Origin: Rotaria sp.
Taxonomy: Eukaryota
DNA: 39,433 nt
Assembly (NCBI GenBank): GCA_905250055.1
Contig: CAJNOF010000078.1
Coordinates: forward strand, 294,340-333,772
Direction of reading: 5' to 3'
Shown: one piece after another, positions 1 through 12,975 of the stretch
Layout: each line of letters opens with the position of its first letter
Numbering within the stretch: the first letter of the stretch is position 1
The notes under the pieces: model-generated
Seen by the model: only the letters and a program-made list of their open reading frames with translations
Database searches by the model: none
What the model was told of the DNA's origin: nothing
Made by a program: the position numbers and the translations under genes

Positions 1-607
1 CTTGAGTTTATTAACAATAATTAGAAATTATTTCAAAGTGTCTTAAACATTTGATTTTGAGTAAAAAACAAACGAGAAGAAAAGTTATACTTGTTTGACA
101 ATTTTGTTTTGTTTTCAGCAGTATTCTTATAACTGATTTCCTATGTTTAAAACATTGAAACTTTATTTCCAATATAATATAGAATGCAGATCGATTCTTG
201 AAGTAATATAAAATGAAATGTTTGTGCTTCGAGAACATTTTAGATCTTACTGTTAACCTTTTAATATTTATGGATTACGTCAAAACCGTTACTCTCCATT
301 AATGTCATATTATCATTATTTCGTTATCCTTGTTTATCAAATACACATCTGGTATATATTATGAAATGACAAATAAACCGAAGGTCGTTCTCTTGATCCT
401 TGATTATGTTCTTCTGTCTTTTTTTTCTGATTACTACACAGACCTAAACCTTGAAAATATATCACGCTTTGTCGAACATCAAAGTTTTCTATTGAATTAA
501 AATATATATTTGTATGACATGTCAAAAAAAAAAATTAATCAAAAGCCTAAAATATTATATTTGTTTATATAATTACATTCTAGATAATAAAATATCTTTA
601 GTTTTCA

Positions 608-1968
608 TTAACATTTAACAAAAATAAACCATATAATTATTATACTTATAATACTTGTTAATATTAATTTATAATATAGTATTAAACTTCTTATGAATGA
701 AAAATTCCATGGATAAATATATTTATATGTTTGATAAAATTTTTCACTTAATCTATTAACATCACCAGTTATTTCTAAAGCAATATTTTGTGCTTGTCCT
801 TGAAAAATAATTTCTTCATAATAACCATGTTGAATAAATATATTTGTATTATCTTTATTCAATGTCATATTATAAATTAATTTTGATAATCGAACATCAA
901 AATGTATATTTTTTGTAAGAAATTCTTTAACAAATTTAATCATTCGATCATCCCGTGGTCCATATAACATAGCACCAGATATATTTTCTAATTCATTACA
1001 ATATGTACTTATATGAAGTTTATATTGAAATAAAACATCATAAACATTAAATGATACTTGATTTGTAGTTGAATTAACAGATAAATCATGAATAATCGAT
1101 TGTAAATAAGTATTAAAATGATAAAACTTATTATTATATTCGAAAACAATAAGAAATCCAGCAAATTCCATATTAAAATACCATGGGATAAGTGCTAATG
1201 AAAAAAATAAACTAGCTGATGATGATGATGTTGATAAAAGATTTTTCCATTGATTAGCTTGACCCCATATCCATACTGATGGAAATGAATGTCCCCAATC
1301 TTTTTCTATATAACCTAAACCAGATATATTTTGTTTTTCATTTTGATTTATTTGAATTGAACCATAAATATTATGTGTCATACTAAGTACATGATGATAA
1401 CATTGCATTGTTGGTATCCATGAATAAGGACCCATTGTTCCTGGCATTATCCATAATAAATCAGGTATATGTATATGTGATGATAATGTTAAATTCATTT
1501 GAAAACTTTCTGTTGCATCATCATCATTATTTGGTTGAACATTAATCATAAGTTTATCATATGAAAATATATTTTTTTTATTATCAATTGTTATATAAAA
1601 TTCATCTAATGATGATGAAAATGTTTCATATGGAAAACGATAATAATGTGAAATATTATTATAAGCAACCATAATAAATGAATGTTGTTTAGTATCATTT
1701 CTATGAACACCAGGAATAATAACAAATGTATTATTATATTCATTTGAAACTATTTTATAATACCATCCTTCAAAAAATATTCCATTTTGAATATAATGAC
1801 CTGAAAGAAAAAAAAAATTTTCGAATAATTAAGAAAATTAAATATTTTTTGTTATATACCATGATAACGATCTGGATGAAAGACAAGTTTTATAGATTTA
1901 TAGTTAAAAAGTAGATAAATAAGTGCAAAAAATATGCATGCAATGGTTGCAAGTCGTGATGCAAACAT
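608..1968 (-). CDS. Tocopherol cyclase (VTE1/SXD1)-like protein, 2 exons: 1860..1968 and 608..1800 (stop 608-610), 433 aa. Predicted N-terminal signal-anchor and C-terminal TM helix.
   Basis: Exon 1 encodes MFASRLATIACIFFALIYLLFNYKSIKLVFHPDRYHG. The minus-strand 59-nt intron runs GTATAT..TTTCTTTCAG (plus coordinates 1801-1859). Exon 2 continues HYIQNGIFFEGWYYKIV...EKDWGHSFPSVWIWGQANQW... From memory these align with plant VTE1 motifs (PHSGYHF, RRFFEGWYFKV, EKNWGGGFPRKWFWVQCN). Exon lengths sum to 1302 nt, which is in frame. Confidence 0.65.
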
Positions 1969-4898
1969 GTGAGATTTTAATGAAAAATCGACAGACGAGA
2001 AAAGAAAGACAAAGAGTAACTACAGGTAAATTTATACTAAAGAATATATTCTTTTTCGAATATTATAGGCCATAGGGTACTTTATGATTATATCTTTTTT
2101 CTTCTCAAGATAAATATATATATGTTATTCAATGGTTAAATTATATGGAATATTGTAGTGTTCGAAATCGATAATGTGTCTCTGCAAGTGGACGTTTTAT
2201 TTTATAAGATTCTTAGTAGAGTACTGAGTGGATACGATTTCTTGCGTTTGTATCGAACTACTGATATTCTATTCGAGACTTACATTATTATGATACATCG
2301 CGGATAATTTAACAAAGCGATCAATTAATTATGTGATAATATCATTGAAAACACATAGAATAGTTGCAAGAACTCCCGCTATCGGAGTAAAAAGTACATG
2401 AATTTCAATCATTTTGTCTAACAATAAGGTTAGGTCTACTTTGATCGCAAGCAGCAATCCGAAGTCGATAGGTCTTCATGCAAAGGATTTACAATAAAAA
2501 TCTCTTTTTCCTTGCGCTTCGAAGAAGATGACTTCTGATTTTCTACTAATTCAATTTATGAACCTCCATTGTCTTATTAACGAAAAAAGATTCGCATGTT
2601 CATATTGTATCACACATTTCATCGCTGATTGCAATTGTGAAACTTTTAAGCAAAAACTTCATGGAAGCAAGAGATTTATTAATTGAAAATTAACTCATAA
2701 GTCAAGCAATACTAAAAAAACGTTTGATGTAAACTTTGTATTGATGATAGAAACAACATTGAGCTACCAAATGAGTGGTTTATGAATTGTACCGTTAAAA
2801 ATGAAGTAGGAACTATTGAGAGTCCAGTACGTCATAGAAGACAGCATCCAGGGTGGGTATGAATGTTCGTCAAATTTTTCTGAATGAATTCAAAACAAGA
2901 AAATTTATCAAATATTTGAACATAAACCAACATGTGGACTTGATAATAACTGAACACAATGGCAAGCCACGCTTGCAAAGCTAAAAAAATATATTAAATA
3001 TGAACTCCATGATGAAAAACTACAACAACTCATTTCAATTTGTCGTTTGATAATAAGATATTTATATTTTAAACACGCAAGAGTTTTGTTCAGTTTTTAA
3101 TGTGAATATGATATTATTCAAGTAAAACTATTTTTCTTATTGCTTTAATTTATTCTGTATGTCAAACTCAACTGTCAGAGTACTGGAAGTCGAAGTCATT
3201 GACTAGTGTTTTATTCGATAAATTAAATCAGAATTTATTTCAAAGAATTAATTACATCACACAACTTCTCTGAACAAAAGTAAATAATAAGAAAAAGCGA
3301 ACAATAGTTTCTTTATATAAACATCATTTATAGAAAAGTAAACGAAAAAAATAAAGAACAAAACAGTCATAAAAGCATTTTTGTTATTCAATCATAAACA
3401 TCAGTACGCAATTCATCAAGTAAACAGTAAGAGACTATTTGACAAAGAAAAAAAATAAAACAGGTGCAAGTGAAATTTAATATTCACATCCATACAGACT
3501 TTCAGTGAGAATAGAATTAGAAGTAAATAAAATATGTGATGATAATGCCATTGTTGATAAAACTGGAGAACTTGGCAACTACTTTTTATTGAATAAAAAT
3601 AAAGTTTTTGTTAACGTGAATATTGTTTTGATTTGTACGCTTACTCGTTCTTCGTTATAAAAATGTCTGAACCAATAAAGAAAAATCTACAACTATAATA
3701 AGTGGTATCTCTTGAGACTTTTTGTGGTTTAGAACATTCACATTCACTCTTGACTGTAATCATTTTAAGTGGAATAAATGATTCAAAGCATGCTTAATTT
3801 CAAGTCTAATACAAAAACTGAAATTATTAAACACCAGTCTTTTAAACTTAACAAGCGATACAGGAAAACATCATTGTGAATGTAGCCTATTAGAAAATGA
3901 ACGATGAAGTCTTGCATAATTAAACTACTGAAAATTCGACATTGAAACACAGATATTAATAATATAAATAAACCTGTAACACAAGAACTTACAGGAGACA
4001 TATGAACTGTGGCGTCTCCGTACTTTTAAAATTCGCTCATACAATGCCTTTCCAGAGATGGCGAGAGAAGATTTCTAAATGTGAGTCATCCATCGAATAT
4101 TTTGCCCATAAGTAAGCTCCGATGAGACTAGTAGAAGTCTATAAAGGCTTGTCTCCATGCCCTCTCTTGGACATAAAAATGCAAATAAAATTCTAGTAAA
4201 AACTTTTCAATTAACTCTAGATTGGTGACTTAATAGGACTTATCCTTTACGGTTGTTCATATCTCATTAAACTCTACCTCATGTATAGAGTCCGAATTCA
4301 AAAGCAAATGATTATTTAAACTCTCTCTCTCATAGGCGAACGTGTCGTTCATGAGATGTTGAATATCCGAAAATCATTATCTAATTTCATTCTTAAATTT
4401 CCTAATCCGATTGTTTCACTAATTCCGTGCCAGAGAGAAAAGTATTCTGCAAAATTATAATCACTTATGAAAACTAACTCTTCTAGAATTCTATTAGCTT
4501 TATCAGAGTGTATTTTAAGTAAGAATAATAGTTCGCTTAGCAACTCACACTTACAGATCTTCTCATATGAATTATGTGGCTGAAATCTAGTGACATCTAT
4601 CAATCGTATTTTTTTTATGACGTGCCGAAGAAATATTTCACCATTTATTTTTTAGCAACTGATTCATCTTGACAACATTCGCAGAAAAGAAGAAAAAAAA
4701 TTGTGTTGATGATCACGATCGAAGAAAAGAAGAAACAAAAGAAAGAAGCTTGCATACATATATATATATTTATTCGTCTCGGTTTGTATTTGTCATACGA
4801 TTTAGAGCATCACATATAAAAACATATTTTCATACATATTATTATTATGATTTGGTTTTTTTGATTGAAAAAATAAGTTTTGTTTTTTTGTTTTCTAG

Positions 4899-7800
4899 AT
4901 GAATAGTTTCAATCGTGTACGTTCAACATTACGTCGTACATTTTTTTCATCGAATGATGCCGATTCAAGTCCAAATACAACACGACGTGAAGATTTTCCA
5001 ATATTAAGTCGTCATTTATCATCATATGAACGTTTTGATTTATCAACAGGTAATCAAGGAACATCAACAACATCATTACAAAATATTAATTCAAATAATA
5101 ATAATAATACATTATCACATACACCAATTATTGAAACAACAAATGATGGTGTTGAATTTTTACCAAATAATACTAAACGTACATTACGTACAATACCAGG
5201 TGTATTTTGTCCAATAGCATTATCAATGTTTTCAATATCATTATTTATGCGTATTGGTTTTGTTATTGCACATGCTGGAATATTACAAACATTATTACAA
5301 TTTGGTCTTTGTTTTATTATACTTTTTTGTACGTTATTAAGTGTTTGTTCATTAGCAACAAATGGAGCTATTGAAGGTGGTGGTGTTTATCATATGATAT
5401 CACGTGCATTAGGACCTGAATTTGGTGGATCAATTGGTGTATTATTTTTTTTTGCTAATGTTATTGGTAATGGACAAAGTGTTGCAGCTCTTGTTGAAGC
5501 ATTAGTTGATAGTTTTGGACCCGGAAGTAAATATACAAAAAAAAATTTGAAATTTGAAATATTTATTTTTTTTTTGTAAGGTAAAGCAAATGCTTTTCAA
5601 GATACACATTGGTGGAGATTTTTATATGGAACAATAATTAATATAATTAGTCTTATAACATGTTTACTTGGTTCATCATTATTTTCTATGGCAACATTTT
5701 TTATATTTATTCTTGTTAGTTTTAGTTATCTTATGGTAGTTGTTTCATTTTTTGTTCAAAGTCCAAGACAAGTTGTTATACCAAAAGTTAATACTTATGC
5801 ATATGATCATCCACCAATAGAATTTAATAATAGTGATTTAATTTATGGACGTTATACAGGTTTTAGTTCATTAACAATGCGTGAAAATACTTATGCAAAT
5901 TATACAATTGATTATACAACTGGTGATATGATGAATTTTGCTACAGTTTTTGGTGTACTTTTTTCAAGTATAACAGGTTTATTGGCTGGAGCAAATATGT
6001 CAGGTAAAAAAAAAAAAACAAATTCAATATATGAAGTTTATTTGATAGTTCTCGAATAGAACTATATGAAATTTTTATGCTCAGATAAATCATCTGAAAT
6101 AAGGAGACATTTATTTGAGAGAAAAAGAAAATGTTCGTAGTTTTTTTTTTCGTAAGAACTCTGATTTTTCTATCGGATTCGATCGTTTTCTATTTTAACA
6201 AAGCTTAAAATAACTTTTGAGACATAGTTTAAAGTATTTGCAAAAAAAAAGAAAAATGTCACTTCAATCAAGTAAAGTTAGAGAATGGTCGTAAGTGGAT
6301 TTGATGTTGTTTTATGAAAAACAAAAGTTTCTTCAAACAACTGCCACTTTATATGGAGAGAGAGAAAAGTGTGAGATATGCAAGAATTCAAAAGGATACC
6401 ACCACTTAACCCATCTGTTCAGAGTTACAGACATTTTAGCTTCTGTCATGTTATATACCAACACATCGAACAATACTATTTCAGACTCTAGTAAAATGCC
6501 TATAACTCTGGACTGAAGTTCTAATGAGACTGTTCGTTTTGAAGTTTTGTCATTGAAATCTACCTTATGCATAGCAGAAAAAAACGAATAACGTAGTTTT
6601 ACATGTTCTTTGCAATAAAAGATAAAGCAATTGGCTACGATAAAGTTCCTACGGCAATTCTAGGTTGTCCAATTAGAAACGTAGTTAAAGAAAATAGTAT
6701 GCATGATTGAAATTTATATTGTTGATGAAAGATTCAACCTCAAGCTATTTTGATATTTTTGACGAAAGTTGATCTTGTTTTGTGGTCGACTTAAAATAAA
6801 ATCTAAGAATTTTTATTTTCTTTTTTTCCTCCTATTTCTTATATTTTTTTTTAATTCATACTTCAGTGAAAAAAGAAACCGTATTCTAGAATGAGAGAAA
6901 TCAAGTCTTATCTGTGTTTTATTGATTTTATTACAAAGCAAACATATATCGGTAAAACGAAACTAAATCTGTAATCTTATATGAATAAGAATTGTAATCA
7001 TAATAGGATGTTAAGAATTACACATAAAGAAAACAATATATTATTATTTCATAGAAAGAATATAATTGAAAATTTTATATAAAAAAAAAAATGAATTATA
7101 GAAAATAATTTATACTAATTTTTATGTTTGTTTTTTTAGGAGAGTTAAAACGACCAAGTCGAAGTATTCCAACTGGTTCTATAGCTGCTATATTTTTTGT
7201 ATTTTTTATATTCATTACGGAAACATTACTTATGGCTGCTACAACTGATCGGTGAGTGTTAAAAATTAAGTTTTTTTTTTTTTCTTTAATACAATTTTTA
7301 TTTATTATTATAGATTTACATTAACTAACAATTATTTATTTTTACAAGATATTAATATTTGGGCACCATTTGTAATAATTGGAATGATAGCTGCAGTTTT
7401 TTCAGCATGTTTATCAGGACTTATTGGTGCATCAAGAATATTAGAAGCATTAGCAATAGATGAAATTTTTGGTATGAAAATTTTCTATAGAATTTGTATC
7501 TGTCACATTTATAATGTTAAAAATAAAAAAGAAGATTCAAGTTGTCGAATTTCCCTACTTTCAAGTTCCTATCATTTTTTGACTCGTATTTCTTCTCCAC
7601 CTTGTTGATCTATCATGTTGAGTAGTCATACAAAAACAAAAGGCATTTACATAATTTTTTTTTTCTATATACCCCTATAGACTAGGGATCGACAAGCTCC
7701 GCTCACGAGGGAACATTCCCAAGTGATACCCGCCGTTTCAGCTCATATAGTGTCCAAAAGTAGATCTCGGTAAGACTAGAGAAAGCCTAAAAGGGTTCGT

Positions 7801-10800
7801 GCCATTGCGCCTTTGGAGCCGAGTTATGCCTAATTTACTGAATTTTCGACCCTTTTTAGGGTACTGCGGCTTGTCCAAACGTAACGCTGTTACGTTTTTG
7901 ACACACTCTTCTTCAACTATCTCGAAAAGTTTAAGAGCTAGGAAGTTCGTTCAAACGTCATTCGACGCAACTTATCGAACTTTATTTATCATATAAAAAT
8001 GGCCTTTTTTGACTGAAGTCTCAGGCATCTAGGAAGGTTTTATCATGGCGTAACGCTGTTACATAAAAGGACCCTTTTTTTCCAGTGCCGCCAAGAAAAC
8101 TCTAAATTCTTGCGAAACCATTTCTTCAAATGTGATGCTCCGAGAGTCTTTTTTGTAGAGCATTGAATAGGCTTTCAGGCAGTAAAAAAGATTTTCTCTA
8201 AAACATTTTTGCTCCGATAAAAAATGCAAAAAACAAACGTAACGCTGTTACGTTTTTCGTAACACTGTTACACAGTTTTTTGTTGACCAATTTTGAGGCA
8301 CTTAATGTACTCAGAATGACTTGATTTTTCTAAGTGTTACTGTTTTCTATGTAGACAATCCCCTATGCAAAAATGAGATTGATACATCGATCTGAGAGCT
8401 CATAAACTGAGCAGGAAGTTGGGAATTGTATCGAAGTCTTCAATTTGTTCTAAGCTGCCAAAGTCAAAACTAAATAGACCATTTTGTAGAGAATTTAATT
8501 CTGCATCGAATGGTATGTCTCTTGACCTTTGTTGAAAAAATTTCTTGGTTAAAAAATCCAAAATACGGTTTTTGAAAACTTTAAAATCCAGTTTTCGATA
8601 TCAAAATCTGATTTTTATACAAAATTAATACCAAATTCGTAATCAGCGTAAAAAACTGCATCTAGTACCCCACTGAGATCTGTCCAACTCGAAAAAAAAT
8701 TTTTTCAAAACTTGATCAGCGAAGTGTCGCGTTACGTGGACAAGCCGACTGATCGAAAAATCAAATTACGGAGTTTCCATCTGAAATTTCTAACATAGAT
8801 AGATATAGTTACACCTAGAATATCCTGGAAGTTTCAACCGAATAGAATGTTCCTATGTGGAGATATTGGATCTCCAAAAAATAGTCATTTGCGACAGATC
8901 TTTCACAAGTCGAGTTTAATTGAAAATGCAATAACTCGACAAAGGAACATTCTATTCGGCTGAAACTTCCAGAATATTCTAGGTGTAACTATATCTATCT
9001 ATGTTAGAAATTTCAGATGGAAACTTCGTAATTTGATTTTTCGATCAGTACCCTAAAAAGGGTCGAAAATTCAGTAAATTAGGCATAACTCGGCTCCGAG
9101 GGCGCAATGGCACGAACCCTTTTAGGCTTTCTCTAGTCTTACCGAGATCTACTTTTGGGCACAATATGAGCTGAAACGGCGAGTATCACTTGGGAATGTT
9201 CCCTCGTCAGAGGAACTGTTCGAACAGTTCTTTTGCGCTGAACTGATGAACCGGTTTGTTTGAGCTGTATTCCCAAAACAGAATACTTTTGTTCTCTTAT
9301 GGGAATTATTTCCCGAAAACAGAACAAAAGTGTTCTGTTTTGGGAACACAGCTCAAACGAACCGGTTGAGCTGAGCTTGTCGACCCCTAACTATGGACTT
9401 TACACATAATGTCTGTATCGATATTATGTATTATTCTATCTATCGAATACTATAGCTGAATGATGTTAGTTTTTTTGTATATAGAAAGTGTAAATTTTCT
9501 TATAGACTCATATAATATTTATTTAGGACCAATACTTGCTTGGATTCGAGGTGGAACAACTCATCATGGTAATCCATGGGCTGCTGTATTACTTACATTT
9601 ACACTTGTACAGGTAAGTTAGATATTGAAAAATTTTCTTTTTTGTTTATAATTTTGCTTTTTTTTTTTTGTTTTCTTAAATTTTAATTTAGTTAACTTTA
9701 TTCATTGGTTCAATGAATAAAATAGCACCAATTGTAACCATATTTTTTCTTCTTGCTTATTTTGCGGTTAATTTATCTTGTTTGGCACTTGATTTAGCAT
9801 CAGCACCAAATTTTCGACCAACATTTAAATATTTTTCATGGCATACAGCATTAATAGGTGCTGTTGGATCGATAATAATGTGTTTTATTGTATCAGCTGC
9901 TTATGCTGCTATAGCTATTGGAATTTTAATTGGTTTTATTTGTATGCTACATTTAAGAGATTTTCCTCGAGCTTCATGGGGTTCGATTTCACAAGCTCTT
10001 ATATTTCATCAGGTTTAGATTGAAATATCAATGATGGTTTTTATTTTTCGTCTGGTTTTCTTTTCTATAATTTTTAGGTTCGAAAATATCTTCTTTTACT
10101 TGATCCACGTAAAGAACATGTTAAATTTTGGCGACCACAAATGTTATTACTTGTTGCTAATCCACGTTCATCAATAAATTTAATTGATTTTGTTAATGAT
10201 ATGAAAAAAGGTGGTCTTTTTATATTAGGTCATGTTAAAATTGGTCAAATGGATCAAGGATCAAATGATGTTTGTTCACAAGAATATCCATATTGGGTTT
10301 CATTAATAGATAATATGAAAATTAAAGCATTTGTTGATATGACATTAGCACCAACAATACGTGATGGTGTATTACAATTAATGAGATTATCTGGATTAGG
10401 TATTTGAAAAATAAAATAAACTAATTGAAAATCTCAAAAAAAAAGAATAGATTGAATTTTAGAAGTTTTTTATGTTAGAATTAGAATATAAATGTTATTA
10501 TTTTTTGAAAAGACTGTTGAAATCTCTAGGGATTGAAAAATTATTCGCGATGCATGAATGATAATCTTTTATATAAGATCATCCACATCTATCCATTCTC
10601 GGAGGCTTCTTCAAGATACTTTATGTCATGTGATGAATTGCCTTCGTACTTTTTTCTCTTAGGAAAATTTTTGTCTATAGTGTTGTAAAAGAAAACTAAT
10701 TATTAAAGATAGAAATAGAAAATCATTTTAATATGAGATTCACGTATAAGAAATAATAAACATATTTCATTAAGATCTATATAAAGATGAATTATTTAGA

Positions 10801-12734
10801 TAAATTAAGATTAGTATTAAAATAGACATTGAATTATTAATTTTGTTAGTTTGTAGCAAAAGATGTGCCTTTTAAATAAAAAACAATACTTATGAAAATT
10901 ATTTATTAGATTAATCATTTCATTACAAAACTCATATAATTATATAAGAGCTGAATTGCATGATAAATTGTATTTATATTCTTTCATCATCTAAATCATA
11001 ATATTATTGTATGATTTTTTATGAAACTAATTAAGAGAAAAACAAAACAGTTTTGAACATAAGAATTTACTAAAGTCGAGCTATGAAATTAAACAGAATC
11101 TTAGATTTAATGTTGCTTAAATTCTAATTCTAGCTATTATTTTGACTAATAATATCATACAAAATTTCGAATGTATACCTTTGAACTATTTAAAAGTTTC
11201 CATTGATCTTTACAACACAGTACTCAAATGTGAACCAGAACTGTATTTTACTGGTATTCTAAATGTTAGTATGATTCATTTCTTGGTGACTGTGTAACCA
11301 AAGAAATTTTTGTAGGATAACTATTTCACGTTCGCCTCTCTTTTTTGTATATGTCACATCTTTATTTTGAGGATGTGAGTGGGAAGAGGTTTTTTTTTCT
11401 CTAAAAAAAAATTCCTTCTAAATTATTAGATCTATTTAAAAGAAATATTCTTATTTTGTTTAACTAGGTGGTCTTCGCCCAAATACAGTTATTCTTGGTT
11501 TTTATGATAGTGCTTTACCAGAAGATAAATTACGTAATCGTTCATTTTTTAAAAAACGTTGGCTGAAAACAAGTACTCCTGTTAATTTATTGGCAGCACC
11601 TACATTTCATCAACAACCTATAATTCAATCTGGTGTAATGGAAGGTGCTAGTACAATAACATTACATTCATTTAATAGTTCAACAACAATAAATGGTAAT
11701 GATATGTATCCAATATTTAATTTTGGAGGTAAGAAATATTTATTTATTTTTTGTTCTATGATTAGTTAATTTAGATTTACGTCAAGAAAATGAAGATAAA
11801 GAACTTGATGTTTATTCATATGTTCAAATTATAAAAGATGCACTTTATTTGAATAAAAGTATTTGTCTTGCTCGAAATTTTCATCAATTACACAAAGATG
11901 ATATAGAATTAAATAAACGAAAAGTTTTCGTAGATATTTGGCCAGTAAGTTTAAATTTTATTTGGATTTCATACAAATAAAAAGTAAAAGAATACATGAA
12001 AAATAGAAGTCTCAACGATCAGTACTTATAGAGAAAATTTTTAAACTTCTATCAGTCGAACAAACAAAAGTTCTTCATATTTTGAAAGTTTCATTCTATT
12101 TCAATAAATAATATTTTCAATTGACTACATAAAAATGTTTTGTTTTTTTGCTTTAAAGGTTAATTTTATCTTTCCGGAAACATCAACTCAATTTGATGTA
12201 ACATGTCTTTATATGCTTCAATTAGCTACAATTTTATCTATGGTTAAACCATGGAAAAATCGTGTTACATTACGTGTTTTTCTTTGTATTGATGCAATTA
12301 ATGATAATGCATTACGTACTCAACAACATCTTGATGAATTACTTAGTCAACTTCGTATAAATGCTCAAACACGTATGATTGCTTGGGAAAATGTAACAAG
12401 TCTATTAAATAATACATCAACAACTAATGATAGTGCAGCAACAATATCTGTTGAACAACAATCAACAACAACAACAGCAACGGCACCAACAGCAACAACA
12501 ACAACAATAACAAATTCATTTATTGATATAAATGATGTATATGTTCGTGGTGTTAATGAACTCATTCGACAACAATGTGACAATACATCATGTCTTTATT
12601 TATATTTACCACGACCACCACGAGATAAAAATCTTTCACCACGTTATATGCGTGTTCTTGATATATTATCAAATGATTTACCACCTGTTATGTTTGTTCA
12701 TGGTGTTTCATCTGTGACATGTACTCAATTATAA
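4899..12734 (+). CDS. SLC12A9: Solute carrier family 12 member 9 (cation-chloride cotransporter-interacting protein type) orthologue, 10 exons, 1018 aa.
   Basis: Exons: 4899..5526, 5581..6003, 7140..7251, 7314..7471, 9527..9612, 9692..10012, 10078..10399, 11468..11728, 11775..11944, 12159..12734. All junctions are GT..AG and phases are consistent; total length is 3057 nt. The translation is collinear with human SLC12A9 as recalled from memory: [58 protein letters not shown]|[131 protein letters not shown]. The AG at 4897-4898 abuts the ATG. Confidence 0.88.
7674..9396. mobile_element. Non-autonomous foldback/MITE-like DNA transposon (about 1.72 kb) inside SLC12A9 intron 4. Terminal inverted repeats of about 190 bp (about 7700-7866 vs 9040-9207, roughly 95 percent identical). 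Outer termini match at cccctatagactagggatcgacaagctc and gagcttgtcgacccctaactatgg. No transposase ORF.
   Basis: Reverse-complementing 9040-9230 reproduces 7700-7866 almost exactly. The right arm carries an extra ~150-bp palindromic insert (9215-9360) that the left arm lacks. A nested ~130-bp-arm inverted repeat lies at 8745-9045. GTAACGCTGTTAC palindromes recur at 7885, 8051 and 8240. The ORFs inside are short and unrecognisable. Confidence 0.75.
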
Positions 12735-12975
12735 TTTTCTTTTTTTTTTTAAATAAAAATTTTTTTTTTTTTTTTTTGTGTGTGTTTTCTTGTTTTCATG
12801 TCAGAATATTTCATATCTGTCTTTTAATCTCTTTTATTTTGTTTTGTTTTGCGACTTATTTAATAAGTGTTTGTCCTTTTTTCTTCCATTGTCTGAATGG
12901 TTTTTAATTTGCACTTATCATAATAATAATAATCTTTGTATGCGTTTTTCTTTGTCTGTATGTGTTTAATTTAAG
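12735..12975 (+). promoter_or_regulatory. 242-bp same-strand intergenic spacer between SLC12A9 and TIPRL. It contains the polyA signal, long poly-T tracts and a trans-splice-like acceptor (ttaatttaag|ATG). This could be an operon-like or outron arrangement.
   Basis: The stop codon is at 12732-12734 and the ATG at 12976. The AG at 12974-12975 directly abuts the ATG. Confidence 0.35.
12752..12757 (+). other. AATAAA polyadenylation signal 18 nt after the SLC12A9 stop codon.
   Basis: aaataaaaat at 12751-12760, followed by T-rich tracts. The next gene's AG|ATG is at 12974-12978. Confidence 0.4.

Noticed and set aside
4349-4603. A minus-strand 84-aa ORF in the intergenic region upstream of SLC12A9.
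   Set aside because: No recognisable motif and no flanking splice sites. It may be an exon of an unannotated gene but is unsupported.
5026-5217. A 63-aa ORF overlapping SLC12A9 exon 1 in another frame.
   Set aside because: It is a low-complexity (poly-I/N/Q) alternate-frame shadow of a validated coding exon.
7799-9349. ORFs of 62-66 aa inside the intronic foldback element, checked as a possible transposase.
   Set aside because: They are too short, sit inside the TIRs and lack DDE/D or other motifs. The element is non-autonomous.
9213-9365. A CTGATGA..GAAC string in the right arm of the foldback TE, considered as a hammerhead ribozyme core.
   Set aside because: The surrounding sequence is a simple perfect palindrome. 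The conserved GAAAC/UH elements and three-stem geometry of a hammerhead ribozyme are not present.
9979-10090. GGTTCGA(T/A) strings that looked like tRNA T-loops (also at 26912 and 27284).
   Set aside because: They lie inside SLC12A9 coding exons or inside MITE inverted repeats. No acceptor stem, anticodon arm or CCA context is present.
12365-12583. A minus-strand 72-aa ORF (poly-V/A) in SLC12A9 exon 10.
   Set aside because: It is antisense to the poly-Thr/Ala coding repeat ([14 protein letters not shown]) of the real gene.
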